Shown: positions 11,424 to 24,903 of the stretch, piece after piece
How the letters are laid out: each line of letters begins with the position of its first letter
Numbering within the stretch: the first letter of the stretch is position 1
From: Rhizophagus irregularis
Taxonomy: Eukaryota
Length of the DNA: 64,000 nucleotides
Reading direction: 5' to 3'
Assembly: GCF_026210795.1 (NCBI RefSeq)
Contig: NC_089436.1
Span: forward strand, 1,550,001 to 1,614,000
Program-made: the position numbers and the translations under genes
The notes under the pieces: model-generated
What the model saw: only the letters and a program-made list of their open reading frames with translations
The model's database searches: none
Told to the model about the DNA's origin: nothing

Positions 11424-12384
11424 CAGTCAACTCCCTTTATAGTCACTCCCGTTATAGTCACATTCTACTATATAGTCACACCAGTTGTATGTTCAAAACA
11501 CTTTATTATTAAAATCTATCCTATATAGTCACAATCTATCTATAGTCACTATCACACCTATCCTCAAAAATCTTATATTAAAAAGAACCGTTTATAATCA
11601 CAGTTATATAAAGAATATATTAAATAACTTGGCATCTAATAATCGTACAAAGATGTATCATAGCTTGTTAGAATCGTCTCACTGAGACGAATCGAATGGT
11701 GGTAGTTTTATCCTTTTCCGATCACTGGCGGACGAGTTATTCAACAAAATGTTAAACATCGGCATTATAATATTTCTTGATTTACGTTTACTGCGCCATT
11801 TAACATTTTGCTAGATTTCTCAGTACCTAGTGATTGTAAAAAGACGATTTATAGCTCGTTGGAATCGCCTCATCGAGACGAATCGAATGGTGGTAAGCTC
11901 ATCTCTCTGTGATCAATATTGACGGAGTTCCTACTTAAAAACCATTTAATATTTTTTAATTTCGGAAATTGATCTAGTGATTGGATTTCGATGTATTTTA
12001 TACCATTAGATTCGTCGCATTAAGACGAATCGAATGGTAGTAAGATCGTCTCTCTAGGATCAATATTGGCAGAGTTATTACACAAAAACCATTAATATTT
12101 TTTTAATTTCGGAAATTAATCTAGTGATTGGATTTCGACGTATTTTATACCATTAGAACCGTCTCATCAAGACGAATCGAATGGCGGTAAGATCATCTCT
12201 CTGCGATTAATATTGGCGAAGTTACGATACAATAAAGTTTTAAGTATAATTCTGGCTAAAATTATGTTAATTTTTGGCCGGAATTATGACATACAAATAT
12301 AAGAAATTTTTTATATAGTCACATCTCTTTATAATCACCAAATATGGACTGTCCCAAATGTGTGACTATAAAGAGAGTTGACTG
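11424..12384. mobile_element. Non-autonomous Tc1/mariner/pogo-like element, copy 1, in an intron of the transposase
   Basis: TIR CAGTCAACTC(C/T)CTTTATAGTCAC, TA on both flanks, near-identical to 56016-57049. Confidence 0.88.
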
Positions 12385-13191
12385 TACTTACAAATTTTTA
12401 AAGTTCACTTACTTTTCCGTACCAAGCACCTTCGTCTTGTCCTTGATCCTCCGCATGAGTTACTGTGACATTGCTAAACCATTCTTTTCCTTGAAATTCA
12501 CCCGTTGATCTTAGAATTTCTCCACTTTCTAGATGAACTGAATCATAAATTTTGATAAAAAAATCATTTTCTGAATCTTGCGAGGATGTGTCTAAAAAAG
12601 TATCCAACGCTGTAATTATTTGTGCCAATTCTTCAATATAATTTGGATGTGGCAGATTTTCAGATTTTTTTAAAGATTTTATTTTTTCATCAATGGAGTC
12701 TAGATTTAATTCCCAAAGAATTTTTCAAACCCTTCAGTTTTACAACGAATGACTTTCATGCCGCTGGTAGTTGGAGTTAATTCTTTACGCTTTACCTGCA
12801 AAAATATTAATAGTTTAGTATTTATGGTTGGAGAAAAGTTAAAAAAATCTTATAAAACTTTTACTAACAGCGTTCACCAGTTGTTGCATCACGTGTTTTC
12901 TATTTGTTGCTCGATATGGAATTTTAATATATAATTTATGGAGCATTTCGTAAGTCTCCGTTAATAGGCTATTCAGTACATTATATTTGACAATATAATG
13001 GCAGGTACTGAAATAATTAAATTAAATTAAAATTTGTATAAATTAATAGCCATCTTCAAATTATATTATCTGCATGATAACGCCAACTATGCAGCTTTGG
13101 AAAACTGTAATCCGTAGTAGATAATAGGGAGAATATCCTTTTAAACTCTATGCACCAATCAATGATTGCTTCCTATTTTAGTTAGTAGTTA

Positions 13192-13300
13192 CACAGGTCG
13201 AAAAGTGAAAAATCAGGCACCAATCGGTCACCAATCAGGTACCTGATTGGTGACCGATTGGTGACTGATTGATGCCTGATTTTTCACTTTTCGACCTGTG
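13192..13300. mobile_element. 109-bp foldback MITE with TTA target duplication
   Basis: CACAGGTCGAAAAGTGAAAAATCAGGCA...TGCCTGATTTTTCACTTTTCGACCTGTG, with TTA on both sides; intronic. Confidence 0.85.
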
Positions 13301-14499
13301 TTAGATCATCTATTAACTTTAAAGAAAGTTAATTTTTTTAAATTTTTTCTTCTTACTTCAAAGATATTCAGTTCATTTTCGGTATATGATTCTTGTCTGC
13401 TCATAGTATACATTTTATTAAACTTCGTGTAAAGTTCACAAAGTTCTTTACAAGTTATTTCATTTTCTTCGCTGAAAATTTCATCTAAAGCAAAAATCAC
13501 TATCTTCATAATATGACGATAGTCTGATGCTGTCATTACTTTTAGTTGACTTACTTTACTTAACAATTTAAGGCCTGAAAAACATGGAATTTGTCGAAGG
13601 CGTTCATCAAAAATCTTCTGTAATTCCAACCCTCTGACCTTTTTTAAGATTTCCTGCGTAAACTCCAGTTGATATTTAAAAAGTCTAAGGTCGATATAAT
13701 GCATACGGTCGGAAATGCATGCTTCGTAAATATTCAGATTTCTGTAAAAAAATTTATATATGTAAAAAAATTTTTACAACGTCGTCATTACTTATAAAAT
13801 TTAGTAATATTTACGGAAATTTCCAGAAGGCATTTTTGACGTAATGTACAGAATACTCCTTTCCTTGTTCAGCGCTAACCATTTTTTTCATATTTTCATG
13901 AGTTCTGGAAAGTATATCTTCTTGTGTAAGTTTCATATTGTTTAAGTTATTTTGCAGAACCATACAAGTATCATCGGTAATATTTTGAGAGTCGGGATCC
14001 ACGTGAAATCCTTATTTTCCATAAATAGTAAGGATTCGTATGGATCCTTCCCCACCTCAGCGGATCTTTGGAATTAAAAAGTTCAAGGGATCCTAAAGGG
14101 TTTGAAGTTTTAATTCAAAGATCTTTAAGGATTTAATATAATCGAATTTTTCACTTAATATCACTATATTAGTTATTATTTTACATTAATGCTTTATTGT
14201 AAATTATTATATATTATTAAATTATAGGTTATGATAATACATTTTTAACGCGCTATATTGACTTTTTTTTATGTACAAATTCTTTTTACACTGAAATTAC
14301 CGAAATTAAGCTGTACTATTCATATTTTCTATTATTTAGAAAATTAAAAATATATTCTGTTATTATTAATTTAAATTTGTTTGATTTTTCGATCATATGA
14401 TTACAAATACTTGTACGATGCACAAATCTTGAAATATGCTTTAAATTCACTATAAACAATAGTATAATTACAATTAGTATTTATAAATGTTATAAGATT

Positions 14500-16180
14500 A
14501 TTATCATTATTATAAATTAAAATAGAAGACTACCTTTATTCATCAATTGTTTGATCTTGATCGATATTGTAATTTTCGCCAAGTTCTTTATCGACTTGAT
14601 CATTCTCTTGATCTTCATCACGATCATCATAACGGTGGTCATCACTCTCGCTAGTATCATCTGAATTATCACATGTTTTACCTAATTCATCTTGTCTAAC
14701 TTGTTTGGTAATCTCGGATGTTATTTCTTTAAAATTATGGATACAATCTTATAAATAATATTATCAATATCTGCTTAACTAATGCATATTGCTATCAATC
14801 TCTTACATACCAGATATAAGTCAAATCGTTTATGGAGAGCATTATCACTAACAGATATTCGTGGATGTCTCAGATTTAAAACAATTTCACAAACTGCCAA
14901 TGTAAAAGCAGTATCCATCAATGTAGTCTTCTTTCTCTCCCATGCCTTTTTCTTAATTGCTTCAATATACGGAAGGGTACCATCATCATCACTTATAAAT
15001 AAACATTTAAACGCATTTTTGGTATTATTTGAATTTTTAAAAGTTGCAATATCTCCAGCTCCTGCAGAAGTATTAATTCGAGTTAAAAGATTTTCACCAA
15101 AGATGTCAAACATTGCAGATCGAACATCTTTGGCCTTATCACATCTTCTGCTTTTAATTACATCACGGCACTAAAGAGAACATTTAATATATTAGTTAAA
15201 GTATAATAATTTATACCAAAAATATTAATATTATAACTTACTAGAGGTCTGACACGTTCCAAATAAAAATGATTCCACTGTAGGCCAAGTTGTTCAATAT
15301 AACCTGGCTTTTCTTGTTCAAGTATACTTTCGAAGCCTTTCTTGAATTCTGAATCATCAGGATAAAGACCAAGAATAGGTAGTTGAGTTTTGCAAGTTTT
15401 TGACGCCAAGCTCTACAAAAATAAAATGAGTTTGTATATCAAATCCTTTGCTAAAAATTATTATTTAATAATTGCTCAAGTTTACCTTCCAATAGGAATC
15501 TTCAGGAGTAATTAATTGGTTAATTTTCTCTGAAATAATATTTAATTTTTCATTTGTTTCTTTTTGGAACGCGTCTTGCGAAGCCTTCATTTCATATATT
15601 GCTTCATATATATGCTTATTTTGGCCCAAACTCCTCTTTAGACCCTCAATCATGTGCGAATAAAATGTCTTAGTAGTATCGGCTGAAAAAAGACCAAATC
15701 AATATTATATGATAAATAATTAATAATTAATATCATAAATTCGAATACTTGGAGCATTTTCCATCGATCTCAAAGTATTCATATTAGATGATGCATCAGC
15801 TAGTGCAGCTAATGCTTCTTCTCTGTCCTCATCACGCATCTCCTGTTCTTGTATTTGTGAAAGATTACAAGAATCTTCAAAATTACGCACTCCTCTGGAT
15901 TGTGAACTTGACGCAACAAGTTCAACATTTGCATCTTGTCGTTTTCGTTGAGTTGAGGATTTAATAGACCTTGCTGCAGCTAAACGAGCAGCAATTTTAT
16001 CTGCTTCACTCGTTGCTGTCTTAGAATTAGTTATATTAGAAGAATTTTTGCGTCTCGAGATTCTTTGATTAACTATATTAAATAAAAACAAACAAAAATG
16101 TTTTCTTAATAACGGTAATATTAAGGCTTAACCATAGTGCCATGCTAAATAAAAAAATATTTACCTTTTTCTTTAGGCAT
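14500..16180 (-). CDS. Multi-exon accessory gene of Plavaka element 2, unknown function; end approximate
   Basis: ATG at 16180 (MPKEK|intron). Exons match ORF-track pieces 15720-16091, 15465-15653, 15158-15409 and 14775-15113; acidic C-terminus. Similar to the gene at 21888-23684. Confidence 0.6.
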
Positions 16181-16391
16181 GTCAGAAAATTCTAAGCGAA
16201 TTTATTGAAACTTAAAAAGTAGAAGTTTAAGTTACTTTAAACTCCAAATATAATACGAACAAATTATTATCAAAAATGGTAATTACCCATATGGTGATTA
16301 AGATCTGATCAAAAATGGATCAAAAAATATTTTTTTTTAAACTGTTACCAAAGTTATATAATTATTTTTTTAACGTGTAATTATTATAATT

Positions 16392-19300
16392 ATGTATCAA
16401 TGTAACTTTTGTAAACGTTGTTTTTCACGAAAACAAGACCTGACCCAATATTGTCACCAGCTTCACACATATACCAACTATTCTCGTACATTAAATTGGG
16501 TTCAGGATCAACAATCAAGTTCTAATAATAATATACGGCAAAAAACTATTGATAATAATGTTTGGAATGAAATTGAAGGTTTAGATATTTTTTTACAAAT
16601 AACAAGTGCTGACGACAAACAAAATAATGAGGTAATTTTCATAATTCTTTCAAATCATTGTAAATTAATTGCTAATTATTAACTGATTTGTTAAGAAATC
16701 AGATTTGAACAATACAGCAGATGCACCTATGGCCTTCAATAAATATGAAAATGATGATTATACAGATGATGAATATCATGAAATTACCCGATCGCGAGAA
16801 AGTAAAAGCATCTCTTCTACAGCATCAAGCGAAGATTTTTGTGGTGTGAGTTTAGCTGATGCGTATAAAGACTTGAATAACAATCCAGAACAAACATTAT
16901 GGCCTAGTGAAACGTACAAAGAATTTATGATGGCTGTAACACAATATCGTCTTTCTGACGCAGCCGCTGATTCTATGTTACGTATACTAAAAAAACATTG
17001 TACTGATCAACTTCCTGGATCTACTAGGAAAGGGCGTACATTTATTGACAATATGGATGTTAAAGGTTTACAATTTAAAGAAAAAGAACTCATTATATTT
17101 GAAGAAGAAATTTATAAATTACATTATAGGCCAATTTATGATGCAATAAAAAGTTTGGTTTCGAATTCTGATTTGACTAAAGATTTTCTTTTCGATTATG
17201 ATGAACAATGGGAATATGGTCTTGTAAGTATTTTTATAATGTATATATTGATGTATTATATTTTAAAAGATTAATAATAATTTTATTCTAGAATGGATCA
17301 CTCGTACGTGTTTATTCTGAACAGAATACAGCAGACTGATGGCGTGAAAGATATAATTCATTTAGCAAAATTTTATCAGTTATGATTTATATTGATGGAA
17401 CTACTCTTGATACTCTTGGGCGAAAATCTGAGTATCCTATTTTCTTAACCCTTGGAAATATTCCAAATTTACATTGCAACTTACCTGATGCAAAAGTTTT
17501 TATCGGATTTTTACCTCATTTAACTACGCGAGATAATAAATTGCGAAATTCAAAGGAATTTAAGCAGAAGCAACGGGATTTGAAGCATCGTGCTTTGAAA
17601 TATTTATTAGGTCCACTTCTTAAGGAGGATGGTATATACTTAGCAGTAAATGGAAAAGTTGAGCACTTTACCATTTATTTGTCTAGTATAATTGCAGATA
17701 TGCTAGAAGCACAGGATATTTGTTGTACTTACAAGTCATATCGTACACGATGTCCTTGCTATAAATGTCTTATGCCCGGTGATCAATTAAATAATATGAA
17801 TATTAAACAGGATATGATAGATTTACGTAATCATGAAAACATGCAAGAAGCTATTGCTTCTCACAATGCAGAAAATTATTCCATTCACGAATATGATAAT
17901 TTTTTCTGGAATTTTAGGTATTAATTTATTTGAATTTATTTGACGATTCCTTTTTTTTTGATTTAATTTAAAATTATAATTTTTTTAATTTTTTTAGAAT
18001 AATGAACATATATGATGCAGCAGCACTAGATCATATGCATTTACAAGAAATCGGATTATTTCCATATATGCTTGATTATACAAGAGGTATGCTCATGCAT
18101 CAGTATGGAAAACAAATAATCAGTAAAATGGACAATCGACTGGCTACTATTACACGATTTAATAATTTAAGAATATTAAAAAAAGGTTATCAACAAGGTA
18201 CAAAATTTACGGGAGGTGAAATGCGAGATGTTATGAAGATTATTGTATTTGTTCTTGATGAGCTGTACACAACAGATAATAAAATCAATAACTAAACAGA
18301 TAGTAATTTATATACTATTGCTTCATGTAAAAATCTTATTATATGTTACATTAAATTTATTAAGATGTATATTACGTCACGAAAAAAGAAATTTAATGAA
18401 GATGATTTAAAAATCTTTGAAGTATGATTATTTCTTTACATAATAATAGTATAATATTACAAATAATTTTTTTACTAATTTGCTTTTTAATATAGCGTGA
18501 AATAATAGATTGGTCTAATGATTTTGTAAATATATTTGCGCAATTCTCCTCTAGTGGACTTCAGTTACCAAAGCTTCATATGTGGAGATATCATACTATT
18601 CATACCATTCGGCGATATGGTGCATTAAATGGGCTGACAACTGAGACGTACAAAACGCTTCACAAAAATTGGATTAAAAATCCATATAGAATGTCTAATA
18701 AAAAGAATACACATAATCAAATGTTAAAGACGGTATGTTATAATGCAATTTTCAGCCAAATAAATGTAAAAGATTTTTTTAACAATTTAAATATATTATT
18801 AGATTCGACGACAAATAATTACAAATACCATTACGAAAAAAACTATAAGTTTGAAACTAAATTCTATGAAATCACTCCTTTGGGAATTGCCAATAAGTGA
18901 AATATATACTTTTCAAGAAAAGCTTAAGCATGAAGAAAATATAAATGAATTGTGTATTGAAGGAATGGAACATTTAATTGCTTGTTTAGATATATACTTA
19001 GATGATATATCTAATGCATCAGCAAATGAAGAAATTTATTTGAAGATTTATGCTAACGGAACACTGTCAAATGGAGAAATCGTATATGCAACAAGTAAAT
19101 TTCATGGTTACGCAAGATTTAGTGACGTTGCAATTGCAATGGGTGATACAGATTACTTAACTGACGGTGGATTATGTTATGGCAAGGCAAGTATTTATAT
19201 AATTTATTTTAACTAAAACTAAACACTATTTAATATTTTTATTTATTTTACAGGTATTAATGTTAATTGAAGTTTCGTTCCTTCCTAATCATCCTTATTT

Positions 19301-19487
19301 ATCTCTTGCTTTAGTACATTGGTATAATTACTATTCTAAATGATATCCCATAATGTATGAATGTCCCCATATGAAATTTGTAAATTATTATGATTTAATA
19401 CCATTTGAATCCATTGCAGGTTTAGTGCATATGGTAAACCGGTTTGATTTTAATAATGAATTTTTCGTAAATAAGTTTATTTTTTGA
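16392..19487 (+). pseudogene. Multi-exon Plavaka-family transposase of element 2
   Basis: MYQCNFCKRCF C2H2-like start; WPSETYKEFM; HYRPIYDAI; IYIDGTTLDTLG...YPIFLTLGNIP; IIADMLE; CPCYKC; DHMHLQEIGLF; PKLHMWRYH; RFSDVAI; NKFIF*. Stops at 17338, 18293 and 19341. Confidence 0.9.
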
Positions 19488-21469
19488 AAATATATATAGT
19501 AAATAGTAGTATCCAATATAATATATAACATTTAATAATAAAGTAATTATAATATTAATAATATTAACAATAATATTCATATTAAATTAATTGAAAAATT
19601 TTTAAAAAAATCCTTAGAGTTTTTTTTTTAAGGATCTTTAAAGAATCTGACAATTAATAAATTCCTAAAAGATCCTTAAAAATTAGTAAAGAATTTTTAG
19701 GATTCCATGAATTTGCGAATCTTTAGGGATTCTATAGAAAATTATGGAATCCTTGTGGATCCTGTTCCAAAAAATATTACTGATGATAGCATGGCATTTT
19801 ACATCGCGCTCCTTTATATGTAACAGTCACATCATCTGCTTTGAGCATATCCGCAAGAAAAAAAGAAATTTGTGCAGCAAATGTTTTTGCTTGTCCATTA
19901 ATCCCAAAACATAACGTATTAGGTTTCTCCAGTAAAGGCCAAAGCATGATATTAAAGCATTTGTGAAATATTTCACGCTGCAAACTTCAAAAGACTTCGG
20001 TAATTTTAATGCCTGAATCTTGAACTTTAGGCAAAAAACCTAAAAGTATTTTAGATTCTAGTAGGTTTCAAACCCAATTTGGAACATTTCTAAGCGTTAA
20101 AAATACTGGATGGCCTGATGTCTTGCCCAGTCCATCGAAAGTGGTTCTATTCAAATATAAGATGATAGACAATAGGTGATTTAATAGCGGAAGAATCTTT
20201 TCCGTTTCCAGCCACCAGTCACCTTCATATGGCTCACCAAACACTCTTATTTCGCTTCCATCATCCTAAGAATATAAACAACCAAAAATCTGAGTGATGA
20301 TCTTTAGTTTTTTTTAGTCATTCATAATTATTAAATTTACCCTTTTTTTCTTTAGAATTCCCTTATAGACAAAATTATTAGCTACTTCTGGTCGTTGCAG
20401 AAGAGCTTGAATAGCGCGAAATATGGGACAATAGTAGAATGTAATGTCAATACTGCTGTAGGTTGAAACAACTTTTTCTTTGAAGTCTAATGAAGTGAAG
20501 TTATTTGATTGAGATGGTCTTTGCCATTTTTGGTTGATTTCGGTAATGGAGATTCTTCCAGATTGCTATATTTATTAAAGAATTTAATTATTTGATCTCC
20601 AATTTTATTAGATATATTACCCTCTACAATTAATCTCATGAAATCTCTGTATGCATCATTTGGCCACTTTGCTACGCATTCTGGTAAATTTTTTCCTTCA
20701 ATAGCATCTAAAGCATCATCTAACGATGCTCCTTGAAGATCTTCAGGATCTAGATCAATATTGTCGAGATTTACTGGTATTTCTGTTCCCAACTCCTCAA
20801 AATTTTCTTCAAAAATTTCTTCAGCTCTCTCTTCTATATTTTCTGTTTTTGATCTTTTTCGCAGATTATAATGTGGTTTAGATTCTAAATTGTCTGCATC
20901 TTGAGTTGGAATTTCATTGATTATTATATCCTACATCTCACCAATATTATCATTTTGGTATGTGGATTTTTCATGCAAAGTAAATGTATCTGGCATTGTA
21001 ATAGGTGTGTTCCATAACTGAACATCATGTTCTAGCATAACCGCTGTTCTTGATAATTGTCGCGAGAATCTTTGAACGTGTTCACTTGGTTCACTTGGTT
21101 GAGAAGTTGTTGTTCTTTTATGGTATTTGGCATTAGCGTGCTGTCTCAAACCGCTGGGAGTTGAAAAATATCTTTTGCAAATTTAACATTTATATCTGAC
21201 CATTTTTCTTTAAAAATCAATGCGAGTTTAGAAATTAATGCAGGAAAATTTTTTCAATTAGTTTCACGCGAGAAATATTTATGAAGATTTACTTTTGGTA
21301 TATTTTTTTTTTACTGATTATCAAGCGAATATAAATTTTATTACTGATAATTGATTATTTTTGTTTACTAAAAGATAATTAATTTATTTACTGATTAGTA
21401 ATTAATTTTTTTCATTTACTGATATTTTTAATTCAGGAGTAACTGATTTTTTTACCAATTCATTAACAA

Positions 21470-21790
21470 TTAATTTATTTAATTTACTGATCCTTAAATA
21501 TATTTTAATTCAGGATTAACTGATTTTTTTAAAAAATTCTGGCAAAACTTTTAACTTTACACAATTTTTCAATTATTTATAATGTAAGAATTTTTTTATT
21601 TTTTTTCGGTTGGCTGAATCGTCGCAATAATTAATTTATTTAATTTACTGATCCTTAAATATATTTTAATTCAGGAGTAACTGATTTTTTAAAAAAATTC
21701 CAGCAAAACTTTTAACCTTACACAATTTTTCAATTATTTATAATGTAAGAATTTTTTCATTTTTTTCGGTTGGCTGAATCGTCGCATATT
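21470..21790. repeat. About 160-bp direct duplication in the intergenic region of element 1
   Basis: Two near-identical copies ending ...ggttggctgaatcgtcgca at about 21626 and 21786. Confidence 0.75.
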
Positions 21791-21887
21791 AACATTTTTT
21801 TTTCAATTTTCGAATTAATTGTTATTTGAATTTTTCTCTGCAATATTTTTCCTATACAAATTTTACAAATTTAGAATTTAAGTGATT

Positions 21888-23684
21888 ATGGCGTCTAAAA
21901 GGTCAAAAAATGCAAAAAAACTCAAAAAAAAGAAAGCAAGCACTTGACGTTCTTGAAGGATAAAGAAGAAAACAAGCACTTGACGTTCCTGAAGGACAGA
22001 ATGAAAGCCAACAAAATATATTTGCACAAATGTTATCAGGTAGTTAGTCGTCAAGATGCTGATATTTTGCAATTTAACATTATAATTAACTTTTGCTGAA
22101 CGCCAACAGTAGAATCTTCAGAAAATTCCTAAAGATCCACGCAGAGATTGTGAAAAATCACCTACTGGTCCTTTCGTACTCATTACTCCATTTTGATGTA
22201 GATCGTGAAAGATTTTTAGTTAAATCTGTTTCTTTTACTCCAGCAAATCGTGAGAAATCCTCAACAAATCGCGAGAATTTTTTAGTCAGGACTGCGCATA
22301 CTGAAACTTCCGTTTCAACTACATTGACACCATCTGTAACTTCTATAAGTTATGAAAGAACTTTGAAAATGCCAACTCCCATACTTAGTCCAATGCAAAT
22401 TGACCTTGATAAAGAAATTGATTATTATAACGTCGATGACGATGATAACGAAGAATATAATGATAACCGCGATAAAAGTGATACCCGTGAGCCTTTACCA
22501 AAACCACATATTGTAGAGGGTGAACGTTACCTAATTGTGAAAGAGTTTAATTATGCCATGAATGTATTAGATGGAAAGGTAAACGCCATCTACAAACTGT
22601 GTTGATATATTGGAGATCAGCAACAAAAAAGTATTCAAGATACGCAAAATGTTGCAAAAAGTGATGTATTAAGCGATGATTTCTGGAATGTAAGTTAATT
22701 AAAAATTATCAACTTGATTTTAATCTAAAGATACTTATAATAACCAAATATAAAAATGTAGCTAAAGAACTTATTCCAACGTCTTTATATCATTCAGATA
22801 TAGAGTACCGAAAGGCTTTAGAAACATATTTATCTAAATATGCAGAATATTACATTAAAAATATTGGGCAAAACGCATGGATTTCTTTATTTTCAGATAA
22901 ATTATTGGCAGAGGTATGTGAAATATTAATAATCGTTAAAAAAAAGTATTTTTTTATATTTATTTAACTTTTTTTTTAGATAAAAACTAAATGCAGAAGC
23001 AGGAGAAATGATTTTGCCGCAAGTATCAGGAGTGCCATGTTTTCCGTCTTTGGAGAACAGCGATTGAAACGCATAGATAACAATTCTCCTTCTATGAAGA
23101 TCGCTGAATGGAAACAGAATCAAAAAACGCGTAATGCATTTTATGAACTTTTCAAAAATCATGATATTCTAACGAAAATTGGCCATTCAGTTTTCAAACA
23201 ATATAGGGATAAAGAACTTCCTTTTACACATTGTGCGTATATTCTATCAATATGTGACATCTTGTTAAATCCCAATAGCTATAGTATTAAGTGTAATGAC
23301 AAGTCTGTTATGAAAAGAGTCAAATTTTTTCTAGTAAATAATTTTCGCAAATTTTCGCAGTTCTTTTAATCTTTTAATATTTTACAGATATTAATCTATA
23401 ATTAATTAACAGCAAGCGTTTAGAAATAAAACGCAAATAACTCCTCGTATAATGGAGGAATTAGCTGAAAAAGAAGCAAAAGAAGTTAGTCAAAGAACCA
23501 ATTAATACGAGTCAGCAGTCGCAGAAGAGAGCAGCGATTCAGTTAAAAATGAAAATTATGATGATTTTGTAAGTTAAAGTTATTATTTATGTTCGATTAT
23601 ACACTTAATTGAATTATTTTACTAAGCTAAATCATCATTTTTTTTTAGATTAATAATCTAGATTCGCAATTTCCTCAGGATTAA
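21888..23684 (+). pseudogene. Multi-exon accessory gene of Plavaka element 1, degraded
   Basis: MASKRSK start, GT-AG introns, exon IRSAMFSVFGEQRLKRID...CAYILSICDILLNP homologous to the accessory gene of element 2; internal stops. Confidence 0.65.
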
Positions 23685-23689
23685 TTGTA

Positions 23690-24690
23690 TTTCTTTGGAA
23701 TACTTTAATTTTTTTATAATTCATATTTTTTATTTTTTTTAATCATATTTCTTTGAAATACTAATTTTTTTTTATAATTCGTAATTTTATATTTTTTAAT
23801 CGTATTTCTTTGAAATACTTTAATTTTTTTATATTATTTTTTTCATATTTTTTAATTGTATTTCTTTAAAATACTTTAATTTTTTTTATATTATTTTTTT
23901 ATATTTTTTAATTGTATTTCTTTGAAATACTTTAATTTTTTTATATCATTTTTTTTATATTTTTTAATTGTATTTCTTTGAAATACTTTAATTTTTTTAT
24001 ATCATTTTTTTTATATTTTTTAATCGTATTTCTTTGAAATACTTTAATTTTTTATAATTTGTAATTTTATATTTTTTAATTGTATTTCTTTGAAATACTT
24101 TAATTTTTTTTATAATTTGTAATTTTATATTCTTTAATTGTATTTCTTTGAAATACTTTAATTTTTTTTATAATTTGTAATTTTATATTCTTTAATTGTA
24201 TTTCTTTGAAATACTTTAATTTTTATAATTCGTAATTTATATTCTTTAATTGTATTTCTTTGAAATACTTTAATTTTTTTTATAATTTGTAATTTTATAT
24301 TCTTTAATTGTATTTCTTTGAAATACTTTAATTTTTTTTATAATTCGTAATTTATATTTTTTAATTGTATTTCTTTGAAATACTTTAATTTTTTTTATAA
24401 TTCGTAATTTTATATTCTTTAATTGTATTTCTTTGAAATACTTTAATTTTTTTATAATTCGTAATTTTATATTTTTTAATTGTATTTCTTTGAAATACTT
24501 TAATTTTTTTTATAATTCGTAATTTTATATTCTTTAATTGTATTTTTTTGAAATACTTTAATTTTTTTTATAATTCGTAATTTTATATTCTTTAATTGTA
24601 TTTCTTTGAAATACTTTAATTTTTTTTATAATTCGTAATTTTATATTTTTTAATTGTATTTCTTTGAAATACTTTAATTTTTATAATTCG
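23690..24690. repeat. AT-rich minisatellite, about 60-bp unit, about 16-17 copies
   Basis: aattgtatttctttgaaatactttaatttttttataattcgtaattttatat repeated. Confidence 0.9.
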
Positions 24691-24903
24691 TATTTTTGCA
24701 CAGAATTTTACGTTGTTTTTTTTTGGTAGAAATAAAGAATTGATTATGATTAATTAATATAAATGGACTATAAATTATCATATATTAATTGTATTTTATA
24801 TTTCGATTTATTTCAAAGGTTTTTATTTAAAAATCCGCGCAGAACATTATTATTTATAAAATCTGCGCAGTTTTTTATTAGAATTTTCCTCTAATGTTTT
24901 GCG

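Larger units (their letters stand above)
13972..19785 (+). mobile_element. Plavaka-type transposon 2, nested in the transposase of element 1
   Basis: TIR CATCGGTAATATTTT / AAAATATTACTGATG with AT TSD. Excision rejoins KMPCY-TCMVLQ in frame. GGATCC-like subterminal repeats at both ends. Confidence 0.9.
11149..21203 (-). pseudogene. Multi-exon Plavaka-family transposase of element 1, with N-terminal C2H2 finger
   Basis: MVRYKC*ICKRYF...HANAKYH; KWPNDAYRDFM; GDWWLETE; DGLGKTSGHPVFLTL; FFLADML; MPCYTCM (split by element 2); DRMHYIDLRLF; FPKLHSWRYH; WFSNV; ALVRWFD; FLLNKYMF*. Contains stops and frameshifts. Confidence 0.85.

Noticed and set aside
21888..22040. Run of TGA codons suggesting heavy CpG decay or stop-codon recoding
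   Set aside because: Better explained by a frameshift in an A run; another frame (RKQALDVPEGQNESQQ) reads naturally.
23690..24690. Regularly spaced repeats resembling a CRISPR array
   Set aside because: The intervening sequences are themselves repeated (minisatellite), the context is eukaryotic and there are no cas genes.
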